Notes: a model not told the origin generated them from the sequence alone. 64,000 nt of DNA from Candidatus Omnitrophota bacterium (GCA_022711395.1 JAKLFA010000002.1:67864-131863), one strand, 5' to 3'; numbered from the stretch's first letter, positions 47,528 through 58,976 are shown. Program-made: numbers and translations.

Positions 47528-48310
47528 TCATTTTCGTTTGGCGTTCTTTGGTGTTGTCACGATATTCTTTAAGATATTTGTTAAGCGTTCGCGATTGATG
47601 ACCGGAATGAAGCGTCCGTCTTCAGCGACCGAGATCTCCCCTGTTTCTTCCGAGACCATGATCACGACCGCGTCGGTTTGCTCCGTGAGCCCCAACGCCG
47701 CGCGGTGGCGGGTCCCGATGATCTTGCTGAAATTCGGGTTGTCGGAGAGCGGAAACAAGCAGGATGCCGCCACAATCCGGTCCCCGCGGATGATGACCCC
47801 TCCATCATGCAGGGGCGAATGATGCGTGAAAATGCTTTGGATCATTTCCGCCGTGACCTTGCCGTCGATCTTAACGCCGCTTTCGACGTACGGGGTCAGT
47901 TTTGCTTCCCGCTCAACAGCGATCAGGCAGCCCATGTGGCTTTTGGACATTCTGTAGGCGGATGTCGTGATCTCATCGATCAGGGCGCTCAATTCTGATT
48001 CCGCCAAAGCGACATTGAACAGATGCTGCCTTCCCAGCCGCGCCAGTCCCTGGCGGATCTCCTGTTGAAAGATGATCATGAACGCGATGATCGATATCCC
48101 GAAAAATTCCTGCAGCAGCCAGTTGAGGATCTTCAGCCCTAGGATCTGGGACAGAAAAAATGCCACGGCGATATACGTGATCCCTTTAAGGACCTGGAAC
48201 GAACGCGTCCCGGCAAAAAAGATCAGGATGTAATAAAAGACGATCCAGAGGATAACGATCTCGATGACCGGCCGTGTGCCAGACCAGATGATGGGAAGTG
48301 TTTGCATCAT
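47528..48310 (-). CDS. cdaA: Diadenylate cyclase (c-di-AMP synthase), membrane-anchored CdaA
   Basis: N-terminal TM helices. DAC domain ...HDGGVIIRGDRIVAASCLFPLS...GTRHRAALGLTEQTDAVVIMVSEETGEISVA. Confidence 0.85.
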   Translation of the reverse strand: MMQTLPIIWSGTRPVIEIVILWIVFYYILIFFAGTRSFQVLKGITYIAVAFFLSQILGLKILNWLLQEFFGISIIAFMIIFQQEIRQGLARLGRQHLFNVALAESELSALIDEITTSAYRMSKSHMGCLIAVEREAKLTPYVESGVKIDGKVTAEMIQSIFTHHSPLHDGGVIIRGDRIVAASCLFPLSDNPNFSKIIGTRHRAALGLTEQTDAVVIMVSEETGEISVAEDGRFIPVINRERLTNILKNIVTTPKNAKRK

Positions 48311-49203
48311 AATTGGCTTACTTTCTCTGTCATGATCGCGTCTGTCATTAAGACCACGTCATGAATATCTCCGACGTCATGGACGCGGACAATGTGGGCG
48401 CCGTTTAGAATCGAGGCGGCCACGGTGGCCGCTGTTCCGAAAACGCGTTTGTCCGCTTCCGGCCGTTTCAGGACGCATCCGATAAAAGATTTTCTCGAAG
48501 TCCCGATGAGGACCGGATAACGCAATATTTTTAACCGTTGTAACTGATTGATAATCCGCAGGTTGTGTTCCGCGCTTTTTCCGAAACAGATCCCGGGGTC
48601 CAGTATGATTCTATCGGATTTGATCCCATTTTCCAAGCATTTTTCTACGGAATCTTTTAAAGAAGAAATGATCTCGCCGAGCAAGTTTTTTTCATAGCGA
48701 TAGCGTTTTTGCATGGTCCGCGGAGTCCCCCCGGCGATATGCATAAGGACGATCGCGGCGCCATAGCGGGCGATCATTCGTAAAAGTGACCGGCTGGGGT
48801 TCGTCCCTTTTATGGTGTTGATGATCGAAGCGCCCGCGTCCAAAGCCGCTTTGGCCACATCAACTTTGTTGGTATCGGCAGAAATCGGGACGTCTTCCTT
48901 GGCCGCCAGCCTTTTGATCAGCGGAACAATACGCTGCTTTTCTTCCTCTGCCGTAACGCGGGCCGCCCCCGGCCGGGTCGACTCTCCTCCGATATCAAGG
49001 ATGTCCGCGCCTTCACGGATCTGCTTGAGGGCATAGCGGTAGGCGTAATCATGGGCGTGTTTTTTTGAACGCATCATGCAGCCATCGAGGCTGAATGAAT
49101 CCGGGGTCATGTTGATGATCCCCATGATCAATGTCCTGCGGCCGAGTTCCAAGGTATGGGAACCCGCGATGCAGGAAAATTTCTGTCGAATGCGTTCTGG
49201 CAT
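48307..49203 (-). CDS. folP: Dihydropteroate synthase
   Basis: IMGIINMTPDSFSLDGC... pterin-binding N-terminal motif. 298 aa. Confidence 0.85.
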   Translation of the reverse strand: MPERIRQKFSCIAGSHTLELGRRTLIMGIINMTPDSFSLDGCMMRSKKHAHDYAYRYALKQIREGADILDIGGESTRPGAARVTAEEEKQRIVPLIKRLAAKEDVPISADTNKVDVAKAALDAGASIINTIKGTNPSRSLLRMIARYGAAIVLMHIAGGTPRTMQKRYRYEKNLLGEIISSLKDSVEKCLENGIKSDRIILDPGICFGKSAEHNLRIINQLQRLKILRYPVLIGTSRKSFIGCVLKRPEADKRVFGTAATVAASILNGAHIVRVHDVGDIHDVVLMTDAIMTEKVSQL

Positions 49204-49220
49204 GCGGTCAAAGGCAATAG

Positions 49221-51188
49221 TTATGAATGCGAAGCGTCCGGCTGCGGAGACGTCTCTTCGGTTTTCGATCCCGGTTCTTTAGCGGGGTCGGATTTGGCCA
49301 CGGGCAGTCCCAGGAGCGAATGCGCCTGGTCGATGTCAATGATCTCATGCTCGATCAGGAATTGAGCGATCTTATCGAGCTTATCCCGATTTTCCGTCAG
49401 GAGCGTGCGCGCCCGGCTATAGGCCTCATCCACCAGCGCGCGGACCTCTTCATCGATCCGTTTGGCAGTGTCCTCGCTGTAGTCTTTTTGGTGGTCCATC
49501 AGGTCGCGGCCCAAAAAAACATGGCGGTGGTTCTGCCCCAAGGCCATGCGCCCGATATTTTCGTTCATTCCGAATTCACAGACCATCGAACGGGCGATCC
49601 GCGTCACGTTCTCCAGGTCATTGGAGACCCCGGTGGTCGTATCCTTCATGTAGAGCTCTTCTGCGACGAGCCCGCCTAAAAGCAGGACCATGCGCCCTTT
49701 CAGGTCTTTTTTGCTTAGATAATGACGGTCCTCCTTCGGAGGGGTCAGGGTGTATCCTCCGGCCATGCCGCGTGGAATAATGGAAACTTTTGTGAAGGTG
49801 TCGACCTCATCTAAAAGCAGCGAGATCAAAGCGTGCCCCGCTTCGTGATAGGCGGTCTGTTCTTTTTCCTTTTTGGAGATCTGCCGGCTCTTTTTTTCCG
49901 GGCCCATGGTCACGCGCTCGATCGCGTGAAAAAAATCATCCATCTCAATGGACTCTTTGTTCTTCCGGGCCGCCAGAAGCGCGGCTTCATTGCAGGCGTT
50001 GGCCAGGTCGGCCCCGGAAAAATACACGGTCTGCTGGGCGAGCTTCTGGAGGTTGACGTTATTGGCGACCTTCAGGTTGCGGGTGTGGACTTTGAGGATC
50101 TGTTCGCGCCCGATAATATCCGGAAGGGTTACGACGATCTGCCGGTCAAAACGGCCGGGCCTTAGCAGCGCCGGGTCGAGCGTGTCCGGCCTGTTGGTCG
50201 CGGCGACCACGATGACCCCGCTTTGCGGGTTGAACCCGTCCATTTCGACCAGCAATGCGTTTAAGGTCTGTTCCCGTTCATCATTGCCCCCTCCAATTCC
50301 TGAAAAGCGCTGGCGCCCGACCGCGTCGATCTCATCGATGAACACAATGGCCCCTTTTCCGGATAACTGGGAGGCCTTGCGGGCCTGCTCAAAAAGGTCG
50401 CGCACGCGCGAAGCCCCTACCCCGACGAACATTTCCACAAAGTCCGATCCGCTTAAAGAAAAGAACGGGACTTCCGCCTCACCGGCAACGGCCCGCGCCA
50501 ATAAAGTCTTTCCTGTTCCGGGAGGGCCGACGAGCAAAACACCGCGCGGGATCTTCCCCCCCAGGCGCTGGAATTTTTTCGGCTCTTTCAGGAATTCAAT
50601 GACTTCCTGCAGCTCTTCCTTGGCTTCGTCCACGCCGGCCACATCGTTGAAGGTCACGCGGCCCTTGTTCTTTCCGCTGACCTGGGCCCGGGATTTGCCG
50701 AAGGACAGAACGCGGCTCCCCATTTGGCTTCCGCGATAGGAAATGAACCAGATGAACCCGATAATGAAAAGGACCGGGATCAGCTGTAGCATCAGCCTTC
50801 CCCAGAACGTGTTGGACGGCTTGACCGAAAAGCCCGGCACGTTGTTGCGGATCAGCTGAAGGAGTTCCTCATCATTCTGAGGGATCTGCAGGCGGAATAT
50901 TTTTCCATCGGAATAGACGCCTTCAATGATGCGCTCCTCACTGCTTTCGCGCAGGGTCATTTCCTTGATCAGGTGCGTGCTTGGGTTGTCTTTGACCAGT
51001 TGATAGAATTGGGTATAGGTCATTTCGCTCTGCGGCTTCATGGATGTTTCCGGAACGGAGGCCAACAGCATCAGGCCCATGAATCCCAGGATCAGCCAGA
51101 TCAGATAGCTGCCGTTTTGGGGCTGCCTGTTCTTGCGCGGAGGGATATTTTTTAAATTTTTTCTGCGGGAATGGTTTGCTTTGAGCAT
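49221..51188 (-). CDS. ftsH: ATP-dependent zinc metalloprotease FtsH
   Basis: AAA+ Walker [12 protein letters not shown] region. Zn-binding HEAGHAL. Two N-terminal TM helices. Confidence 0.95.
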   Translation of the reverse strand: MLKANHSRRKNLKNIPPRKNRQPQNGSYLIWLILGFMGLMLLASVPETSMKPQSEMTYTQFYQLVKDNPSTHLIKEMTLRESSEERIIEGVYSDGKIFRLQIPQNDEELLQLIRNNVPGFSVKPSNTFWGRLMLQLIPVLFIIGFIWFISYRGSQMGSRVLSFGKSRAQVSGKNKGRVTFNDVAGVDEAKEELQEVIEFLKEPKKFQRLGGKIPRGVLLVGPPGTGKTLLARAVAGEAEVPFFSLSGSDFVEMFVGVGASRVRDLFEQARKASQLSGKGAIVFIDEIDAVGRQRFSGIGGGNDEREQTLNALLVEMDGFNPQSGVIVVAATNRPDTLDPALLRPGRFDRQIVVTLPDIIGREQILKVHTRNLKVANNVNLQKLAQQTVYFSGADLANACNEAALLAARKNKESIEMDDFFHAIERVTMGPEKKSRQISKKEKEQTAYHEAGHALISLLLDEVDTFTKVSIIPRGMAGGYTLTPPKEDRHYLSKKDLKGRMVLLLGGLVAEELYMKDTTTGVSNDLENVTRIARSMVCEFGMNENIGRMALGQNHRHVFLGRDLMDHQKDYSEDTAKRIDEEVRALVDEAYSRARTLLTENRDKLDKIAQFLIEHEIIDIDQAHSLLGLPVAKSDPAKEPGSKTEETSPQPDASHS

Positions 51189-51274
51189 AGGGCGAGTTCC
51201 TTATATATTCATATTTGTTAAGGATTATAATTGATTTTTAAATAATATCAAGATAAAAGGCTTGCTGAAGATGC

Positions 51275-52288
51275 TTAGCGCCCGGCACCTTTGGAACCGA
51301 TGGAAAGAACGATCGAATCGGTTTTTTTCTGCGCGCAGATGTTGCCCGGAAGAGCGAGAACGCAATTCGGGCGCTCTCCCTTGAAGAAAAGCATTTTTTG
51401 AAGGCTGAGGATATGCTTTTGCTCAAAGCGGCGCAAGTCGCCCTTGAGCTCTTCAATGGCTGACCGTAAGACAATTTTTTGAAGTGCCGGGTGAAGTTTG
51501 CGGAGCTTGTCGGTCTTGAGCGTGACCGTTTTTGGATTTTTAGACCGTTGTAAACAACGTTTGAAACACTTAAGGCCTTCAGACCGCAACAAATCGTAAT
51601 CCTCCGCGCTGTTCTCGGCGAGGACGGCCAGGCTTCTTGTGATCTGCGGGTTGTATGACATCAAAAGCGGCAACAGTTCATGACGGATGCGGTTTCGCAG
51701 GAATTTTTTGCTGCGGTTGGTCGGATCGGTCCGGAACGGGACTTTGTGTTCTTTGCAGAAGGCGAGGATCTCTTCTTTTGAAACGGCCAGGAACGGGCGG
51801 ATCACCCGCGCTTCTTTGAAATCCCGTTTCGGCATCATCGATTGAAGGCCCGCGAGCCCGCTTCCGCGGATGGCGCGCATCAGGACCGTTTCAGCCAGGT
51901 CGTCCTGGTGGTGCGCGAGGGCCAACACGGATGCGTGTTGTTTCCGGGCGATCTCAAAGATGGCCTTAAGGCGTTTGTCGCGCGCTTTTTGTTCGATCGA
52001 ATTGCTGCGGTTTTCCAGATCAATGGAGACTGTCCTGCTCACCAGGGGGATCGAATGTTTTTGGCAATAGTCTGAAACGAACCGCTCATCCCGGTCCGCG
52101 CTTTTACGCAGTTTATGGTTGATATGGGCGGCGATCAACCGCAGGCCCCATTCGCTCCGGATCAGGCAGAACGCCTTTAACAGTCCCATGGAGTCGCTTC
52201 CGCCGGATACCCCGATCAGGACCGTGTCCCCTTTGGAGATCAGGTGATGGTCTTTAAGGGATTTTTGGAAGCTGTTTAAAAGGCTCAT
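51275..52288 (-). CDS. tilS: tRNA(Ile)-lysidine synthetase
   Basis: PP-loop IGVSGGSDSMGLL. Confidence 0.85.
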   Translation of the reverse strand: MSLLNSFQKSLKDHHLISKGDTVLIGVSGGSDSMGLLKAFCLIRSEWGLRLIAAHINHKLRKSADRDERFVSDYCQKHSIPLVSRTVSIDLENRSNSIEQKARDKRLKAIFEIARKQHASVLALAHHQDDLAETVLMRAIRGSGLAGLQSMMPKRDFKEARVIRPFLAVSKEEILAFCKEHKVPFRTDPTNRSKKFLRNRIRHELLPLLMSYNPQITRSLAVLAENSAEDYDLLRSEGLKCFKRCLQRSKNPKTVTLKTDKLRKLHPALQKIVLRSAIEELKGDLRRFEQKHILSLQKMLFFKGERPNCVLALPGNICAQKKTDSIVLSIGSKGAGR

Positions 52289-52402
52289 AGGTCTTTAGAA
52301 TTTATTGAACCATTGTGTTCCGCGGACCGCGATGATGGTAAAGATGGCCCCCAGGATCAAAAGCGGGATCAAAAATTTAAGGAGCAAGACGGCCATGCCA
52401 GA

Positions 52403-52939
52403 TCATTCTCCGTGGATGCCCCTTTTTTCCTGCCGGGCCTCGCGGTATGCGTCGCGCAATCTCTGCGCGTGCTTGATGTTGGGCGGCTGGATACTGAGGT
52501 CTGAAAACCCGCGCCTGAGGATCTCGGCGTTGACGAACGTGCCGTCCTTTAAATAGACATATCCGAGCGTGGTCCCTCCGGAGGATGTTTTTTCGATATC
52601 AAATTCAAGCCGGATGGTTTTACCTTCCAGAAGTTCCCGGACAAATTTCATGGCCTGTTCTTCCATGGAAAGATATGGAATTTCGTCCTCGATCACAAAG
52701 CCGTACTTGTCCCGTTCGATCTTTTCCGGCGCGGGGGCTTCCGGCGCGCGCAGTCCGATGAGCACGATCGTCCGGTCATCCTCCAGGCGGATCGTGTCGG
52801 CAGACAGGACCTTGGCGACCAAGGCCTCCTCCATCTTTTGTTTTCCGAACAGCGGATGCTCAGCGGTCTCCGTGCCGTAGGACGGAACGGCCAGGCAGGT
52901 CAAGACGGCAAGAATTGTGTAACACGTCATTTTTCGCAT
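52403..52939 (-). CDS. Secreted thermonuclease (staphylococcal-nuclease-like) family protein
   Basis: Signal peptide. SNase-like ...TIVLIGLRAPE... and ...GTTLGYVYLKDGTFVNAEILRRGF... Confidence 0.5.
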   Translation of the reverse strand: MRKMTCYTILAVLTCLAVPSYGTETAEHPLFGKQKMEEALVAKVLSADTIRLEDDRTIVLIGLRAPEAPAPEKIERDKYGFVIEDEIPYLSMEEQAMKFVRELLEGKTIRLEFDIEKTSSGGTTLGYVYLKDGTFVNAEILRRGFSDLSIQPPNIKHAQRLRDAYREARQEKRGIHGE

Positions 52940-53003
52940 GGTAATAATGTAACAGGGCCGGTTTAAAAAGTCAATCCGGCAAAGGATTGCCAGCCCCGGA
53001 ACG

Positions 53004-54716
53004 TCACGGAGCGGCCGGCGCCAGGCGTTTTAAAAATTCCAGGATCTCATTGTATTCATCACTCTTGAAATGTGGTTCAAGGGCCCTCGCCTGCTCAAGG
53101 GTCGCGCCCAGGTCGTGAGTTTTTTCATAATATTGCACCAACAGCCGGAAATATTGATCCGCTATGTAGGCTGAGAAGAATTCATCCAGAAGCTTTTTGT
53201 AAAAATAAAAGGACTGCTCATATTGGGCCAGTTGAAAATAGACGTGTCCGAGAATATGAATATAAAGAGGGTCATAAGGGTTCAGCTCGTGCGCGGCCCT
53301 GATGAAGGGTAAAGCTTTTTCGAAATCGTTATTCATCGAGTGCATGATCGAAAGATTGGCATAAGCGGCGATATTTTTTGGATCCAGCTCGATTGCCTTT
53401 AAAAGATAAGTTTCAGCTTTTGAAAAGTCGTTTTTTCGAAGGTAAACAGTGCCCATCCCCATGATGCCGCGGGATTTGAGCGGTGATTTTAAGGCCACAT
53501 CCTGCCAGAAGGCGCTTTCTGTTTGCCAGACCAGATTGCGCTTAATGGTCAGGAATGAAAGTCCTGCAATGATAAGGATCATGAGGATCATCCGCGCCCT
53601 GGGCCGGACTTTTTCAACGATCACGAACGCGGTGATCCATGACAAACCGATTAAAGGCAGATAAAGGCGGTGCTCCTGAATGACATCTTTGATCGGGAAA
53701 ATGGAGGATTCCACGCTTAGGGTGATCAAAAACCATGCCCAGCCCATGAGCAGGACCGGATGCCTTTTTCTCCAGCGGATGAAACAAAATGTGATGAACA
53801 GTAAAATACCGGCGCCTGTCAGAAAAGGAGCGCTGAAGAGAGATTCTGTGAGCGGGTAATCATAGTCAGCGCACTGATAGACCGGGAATAAAAACAGCGA
53901 CAGGTAAGAATTCAGGACGCTGGCTTGAGTAAAAAAATATGTCGAACGGGTTATGTCAGCGGTTTCCCGGACGATGCTGGCCAACGGCCTCCCCCACCCT
54001 ATGGAATAATTCAGGAGCAGGGGGATGATCGCGATGCAGAGAAAGAATGGAGCAAGGGATTTGACCAGAGCCTTTTTTGATGCCGGGTGAGAGCCCTGGA
54101 TGAGAGCGATCTCAAGAAAACAGATGATGAACGGCAGCGTGGCGCTGTTCTCGCGGGATGCCATGGCCATCGCACAAAGGATGATGGACAGGACCCGGGA
54201 GATCATGCGGTTTTCCAGACGGGATTGCAGGTAAAGGACGATCGAGCCAAGATAGAACGCGGTTGAAAGCAGCGTGATCCGCTGGACGATCCAGCTGACC
54301 GCCTGGGTCTGGACCGGATGGGCCAGAAAGATCAACCCGGACAGCAGGCTGAAAAGGAAACAGTTCTGCCCGCTGATTTGGGAGAATTTTTTTGTCTTTA
54401 AGATCATCCGGGATAAGAGGAAAACGAAACAGGCGTTCAGGATATGGATAAGAACGTTGGTCAGGTGATATCCGAACGTGCGTTCCTGATGGAAGAAATA
54501 ATTTAAAGCGAAGCTGAAATACGGGAAAAAACGGGACGCGTGATAGCCGGAGATCTTCCTGAGGTTCTGGGCATTGTGAACAATAGGGTTGCCTTTGATG
54601 TTGAGGATGTCATCATAGAGGAACTCCCCGTTTAAGCTGTTGGAGTAGATCAAAAACCCCAAGGCGATGAACAGCAGGCATGCCAATAACGTTTGCTTGA
54701 GCTGGGTGTTTGCCAT
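53004..54716 (-). CDS. TMTC-like polytopic membrane protein with C-terminal TPR repeats (putative GT-C-fold O-glycosyltransferase)
   Basis: Motif NGEFLYDDILNI (F-x-YDD) immediately after TM1, as in TMTC/PMT-like GT-C proteins. At least 10 TM helices, then TPR repeats in the last ~170 aa. Confidence 0.5.
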   Translation of the reverse strand: MANTQLKQTLLACLLFIALGFLIYSNSLNGEFLYDDILNIKGNPIVHNAQNLRKISGYHASRFFPYFSFALNYFFHQERTFGYHLTNVLIHILNACFVFLLSRMILKTKKFSQISGQNCFLFSLLSGLIFLAHPVQTQAVSWIVQRITLLSTAFYLGSIVLYLQSRLENRMISRVLSIILCAMAMASRENSATLPFIICFLEIALIQGSHPASKKALVKSLAPFFLCIAIIPLLLNYSIGWGRPLASIVRETADITRSTYFFTQASVLNSYLSLFLFPVYQCADYDYPLTESLFSAPFLTGAGILLFITFCFIRWRKRHPVLLMGWAWFLITLSVESSIFPIKDVIQEHRLYLPLIGLSWITAFVIVEKVRPRARMILMILIIAGLSFLTIKRNLVWQTESAFWQDVALKSPLKSRGIMGMGTVYLRKNDFSKAETYLLKAIELDPKNIAAYANLSIMHSMNNDFEKALPFIRAAHELNPYDPLYIHILGHVYFQLAQYEQSFYFYKKLLDEFFSAYIADQYFRLLVQYYEKTHDLGATLEQARALEPHFKSDEYNEILEFLKRLAPAAP

Positions 54717-54876
54717 CGGAGCTTGCGCCTTCCTTATGAAGTGTGACGAAAAATACGCTGATAATTATATCGGTAGAATACGCTAAAGGCTAACAGATTC
54801 CCGCATTTTTTTGTCCGCGGTCTTTATTAAAACAGCGCGGAGACCGCGGGATCAGCGGCATCTTAAAAGGCCCGTC

Positions 54877-56646
54877 TTAATCGATGCCGTTGAAGGACAG
54901 GGCGACGTCAATGAGCGCCAGGTGGCTGTAGGCCTGCGGAAAATTCCCCAGAAGGCGTTTGGATGAGATGTCCATGTCTTCGCTGAAAAGCCCTAAATGA
55001 TTAGCGTGTTTGAGCATGTTATCGAACAATGTCTTGGCCAGGCCCTTCTCTCCGATCCGGTAAAGGCTTTTGATCATCCAGAACGTGCAGATGATGAACG
55101 ATGACTGCGGTATGCCGAAATCATCATTATTGCGGTAACGGTACATCATGCCGTTCTCACAGAGGTGTTCATAGGTCTGTTTGACCGTTGAGACATAACG
55201 GGGATCGGCCGCTTCGATAAAGCCATAATGTTCCATCAGGAGATTCGCGGCGTCATAGTTGGTGCCATCGTAAGCCTGGGTGAAGCACTGCATCCGTTCG
55301 TTCCAGCCATGTTTGAGGATATCGGCCTTGATGGTCTTTGCGATCGATGCCCAGCGCGTGACATAGGTTTCCATATTAAACAGGCGGGCGATGCGGGCGG
55401 CGCGGTCAAGGGCTACCCAGCTGAGGACTTTGGAAAAGGTGTAATGCTTCATGTCGCTTCGGAATTCCCAGATGCTGTGGTCCGGGTCTTTCCAATGCTG
55501 TTCGACGTGGCGGGCCAGCGTGCGGACGACCGTCCAGACATCTTCCTTGTTGTGCATGGTGCTGTGATACAGGATCAGGTATTCATAGATCATGTCGATC
55601 AGGCTTCCGTAAATATCGTTTTGTTTCTGCAGGTAGGCGTTGTTGCCGACGCGGACCGGCTTGGACCCCTCATATCCCTCGAGCCAATTGAGCTCATGCT
55701 CATCTAAAAGTTTGTCTCCGTTGATCCCGTACATGATCTGTATATGTTCATCTTTATACGAAATGATGTTGAGGATGAATTGCAGAAAACGGTTGGCAAC
55801 ATTGGAGTGGCGCAGGCGGTTAAGGATGCGGATCGTCATGGACGCGTCCCGGATCCAGCAGAACCTGTAGTCCCAGTTGCGGACATCGCCAATGCTTTCC
55901 GGGAGGCTGGTCGTGGCGGCGGCCAGGATCGCGCCGGTTTTTTGATAGGCCAGCAGTTTCAGCACCAGGGCGCTGCGCTCGATCTCCTCATTATAGAGCT
56001 CAAAAGGCGGCATTTTTTCCATCCATGACATCCAGTAGACCTTTGTGCGCTCGACCTGAAGTTCGATCTGATCGGTGGTCACCGGAGCGACCTTTTGGTT
56101 GTAATTCAAAAGAAGATAGGACATGGACCGCAGCTCGAACGGGGCCTGATCGTAAATGGCCTTTAACGGGATATTTGAATAAAGATAGATCGACTCATAG
56201 GAGCCTTCTTTTGAAAAACTTTTGATATAGGAATCATGGAGCGCTGTTTCTGTCGGGAATTCTCCGTAATTCATTTGCGGGTTGAACAGGACCCGGATGC
56301 GGGCGGTTCCTTTGCGGGGGCGCAGGATGCGGATGATCTCGGGCGGAGTATTATAGACCCCTTTAAAATCAATGTAGCGGGGCATGAAATCCACCAGTTC
56401 AAACGACCAGTCCTCGCTGCGGAAGACGGTCGAAAGGACATTGGTTTTGCGGATATATTTTTGTTCAGTGGTATAGTCCCCCTCGGGAATGATCTCAAAC
56501 GACCCTCCCCTTTTTGCGTCGAGGATCTTGGCGAAAACGGACCCGGAGTCAAATGCCGGAAGGCACAGCCAGTCGATCGAGCCCTGTTTGCTGATCAGGG
56601 CGGCGCTTTGACCGTTGCCGATGATGCCGTAATCCAGATTGTTCAT
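54877..56646 (-). CDS. Glycoside hydrolase family 15 enzyme (glucoamylase-like; probable trehalase)
   Basis: N-terminus DYGIIGNGQSAALISKQGSIDWLCLPAFDS typical of bacterial/archaeal GH15. Adjacent to and overlapping otsAB. Confidence 0.6.
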   Translation of the reverse strand: MNNLDYGIIGNGQSAALISKQGSIDWLCLPAFDSGSVFAKILDAKRGGSFEIIPEGDYTTEQKYIRKTNVLSTVFRSEDWSFELVDFMPRYIDFKGVYNTPPEIIRILRPRKGTARIRVLFNPQMNYGEFPTETALHDSYIKSFSKEGSYESIYLYSNIPLKAIYDQAPFELRSMSYLLLNYNQKVAPVTTDQIELQVERTKVYWMSWMEKMPPFELYNEEIERSALVLKLLAYQKTGAILAAATTSLPESIGDVRNWDYRFCWIRDASMTIRILNRLRHSNVANRFLQFILNIISYKDEHIQIMYGINGDKLLDEHELNWLEGYEGSKPVRVGNNAYLQKQNDIYGSLIDMIYEYLILYHSTMHNKEDVWTVVRTLARHVEQHWKDPDHSIWEFRSDMKHYTFSKVLSWVALDRAARIARLFNMETYVTRWASIAKTIKADILKHGWNERMQCFTQAYDGTNYDAANLLMEHYGFIEAADPRYVSTVKQTYEHLCENGMMYRYRNNDDFGIPQSSFIICTFWMIKSLYRIGEKGLAKTLFDNMLKHANHLGLFSEDMDISSKRLLGNFPQAYSHLALIDVALSFNGID

Positions 56647-58976
56647 TCTTTCCCCCCGTGCTGTTTTTTTTGATGTTGATCTGAAGCGGAGCAGACCGAT
56701 CGCAGGAAGGCCCTGAATTCCTGAGGCGAAGACAGCCGCAGGCCGGCCGCGGTCTCTCCTTTGCCGACCTTGATCGAGATCAGGCGCGGGTCGTTGAGCG
56801 TGAACATGTTCTCATCGGTGCGGTCATCTCCCGCGCAGACCGCGAGGTCGCAATCATCGGCCGCAAGAAAATGGGCGAGCGCCGCCCCTTTATGGACCTG
56901 CGCGTGGCTGACCTCAACGATGCATTTGCCATGGTGGACGCAGGCGGGTTTGTTGGCCAGCAGGTCAGTTAGATTGGCGATCAGATGCTGGGCCTTCCAC
57001 GCTCCGAATTCCGGGTCCGACAAACGGTAGTGCCAGACCAGGGACGCTTCTTTGGTCTCAATGAAGCTGCCGGGCGTGGTGGTGACGTATTGCTGGAAGA
57101 TCTCCAGGGCCTTTTCCCGGAACGACAAGTCGAGATTTTTATGGATCAGCTGCCATTGCCGCTGGTGAGGACGGCGGAAGCTCAGCCCATGCTCGGCGAT
57201 CAGGGTGACATTGAGGTTTCCCAGCCAGATATCGAGGTCAACGTTTTTGCGCCCGCTGATCACATAGACACGGGAATTTTTTAATGACGAGATCCCATCA
57301 AGCAGTTCGCGGATCTCCCGGCCCGGTGATGATTTATGCGGGGCGGATTCGAACTCGCGCAGGGTCCCATCATAGTCGATGAAGAACGTGGCCGCCCGGC
57401 TTTTTTTGATCCGGCCGATGGCTGTTTCGCGGGTCAGGGCTTGCCCGCTCTCTCCGCCCTCCTGGCGGTCGGGCGGTGATGAGGATAGGGCCTGCAGGAA
57501 CGCGCGGGTCCAGTGCCTGGCGTCATGCTTGATCACATGGGAGCGCATCTCCTTGATGTCTTGCCGGCGCTCAGCTTCCGGCATGGACAGGGCGTTCTTT
57601 AAACTTTCCACGATGCTGTCGATATGGTAGGGATTGACAATGACGGCATTGAACAGTTCGTTAGCCGCCCCGGCGAATTCACTTAAGATCAGGACCCCTG
57701 CTTCCTGCGTTTGGCAGGCGATGAATTCTTTAGCCACGAGGTTCATGCCGTCAATGAGGGGTGTGACCATGGCCACGTCAGCTGCCGAATAGAGCGCGCA
57801 GAGCTCGGTGAAGGAAATGCTCGAATGAATGAAATTGATGGGGACCGAATGGATAGAACCGTATTTGCCGTTGATGCGCCCGACCGTTTTTTCGATCAGG
57901 TCCTTGAGCTGATCATATTCTTTGACTTCTTCCCGGCTGGGGATGTTGATAAAGACAAAAACAGTGTCATTACGGCCTCCTGTTTCCGAAAGAAATTTTT
58001 CTATGGCTTCCAGCCGTCGGAGGATGCCTTTGGTATAGTCAAGGCGCTCGATGCTGAGCACGATCTTTTGTCCGGCGTATTTCTTTTTCAGCCGGGCGAG
58101 GCACGCCTGACAGCGTTTGGTCTTCAGCTCTCTCAGGAAACGTCCGGAATTGATTCCGACCGGAAAGACGCCAAGCCGGCAGAACCGCTCACCGGTCCGG
58201 ATGCGGTCGATGTCAGTGTCGAGGCTGAGCAGGCGGGTTACGGAGCTGCGGAAATGCCTCAGATAGCCGTAGGTGTGAAATCCGATCAGGTCAGAGCCCA
58301 GCAGGCCTTTGAGAAGCTCTTCCCGATGCGGCAGACAGCGGAAGATCTCATAGGATGGAAAAGGCGTGTGCAGAAAAAAACCGGTCTTAAGCTGAGGTTT
58401 GATGTCGCGCAGCATCTGCGGCACAAGAAACAAATGATAATCATGGATCCATACGAGATCGTCATGTCCGGAATTCTTCGCGATCATTTCCGCGAAACGG
58501 CGGTTGACCGATCGGTAGTTCTCCCACCACCGTGAATCATAATGAATGTATTGTGGAAAATAATGCAGCGCCGGCCACAGGCAGGCGTTGGCAAAGCCGT
58601 GATAATAATCCGATACTTCTTCGGAAGACAGAAAGACCGCGGAACACTGAAATTGTTTTTCGAGGAGTTTCGTAAGATCGGCGCGCTCATTCTGCCCTGA
58701 CGCGGCGTTTCCCGGCCAGCCGATCCAGTGCGGGCTGAAGTGTTTCACGCCTTCCAGCGCGGATACAAGGCCGCCGGATGATCGTTGGATGGATTTTTCG
58801 ATGGTGACCGGAAGCCGGTTTGCGGCAATGATGATCTTTTTATTGTGTGCCAGGGTGCCCCGTCCTTTGTTAAATAATCGACGTTCATTGAGCTTACGAA
58901 AGCGCTGTCTGAAGCCCCGGCGGGGGCGAGCGGATCCAGCGATGCTGTTATCGTTGCGGCCGCCGGGACGGATCAT
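56643..58976 (-). CDS. otsAB: Bifunctional trehalose-6-phosphate synthase (GT20) / trehalose-6-phosphate phosphatase (HAD) fusion
   Basis: GT20 N-terminus [15 protein letters not shown]...[11 protein letters not shown]-terminal HAD motif [10 protein letters not shown]. The ~40-aa Arg-rich N-terminal extension may not be translated. Confidence 0.8.
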   Translation of the reverse strand: MIRPGGRNDNSIAGSARPRRGFRQRFRKLNERRLFNKGRGTLAHNKKIIIAANRLPVTIEKSIQRSSGGLVSALEGVKHFSPHWIGWPGNAASGQNERADLTKLLEKQFQCSAVFLSSEEVSDYYHGFANACLWPALHYFPQYIHYDSRWWENYRSVNRRFAEMIAKNSGHDDLVWIHDYHLFLVPQMLRDIKPQLKTGFFLHTPFPSYEIFRCLPHREELLKGLLGSDLIGFHTYGYLRHFRSSVTRLLSLDTDIDRIRTGERFCRLGVFPVGINSGRFLRELKTKRCQACLARLKKKYAGQKIVLSIERLDYTKGILRRLEAIEKFLSETGGRNDTVFVFINIPSREEVKEYDQLKDLIEKTVGRINGKYGSIHSVPINFIHSSISFTELCALYSAADVAMVTPLIDGMNLVAKEFIACQTQEAGVLILSEFAGAANELFNAVIVNPYHIDSIVESLKNALSMPEAERRQDIKEMRSHVIKHDARHWTRAFLQALSSSPPDRQEGGESGQALTRETAIGRIKKSRAATFFIDYDGTLREFESAPHKSSPGREIRELLDGISSLKNSRVYVISGRKNVDLDIWLGNLNVTLIAEHGLSFRRPHQRQWQLIHKNLDLSFREKALEIFQQYVTTTPGSFIETKEASLVWHYRLSDPEFGAWKAQHLIANLTDLLANKPACVHHGKCIVEVSHAQVHKGAALAHFLAADDCDLAVCAGDDRTDENMFTLNDPRLISIKVGKGETAAGLRLSSPQEFRAFLRSVCSASDQHQKKQHGGKE

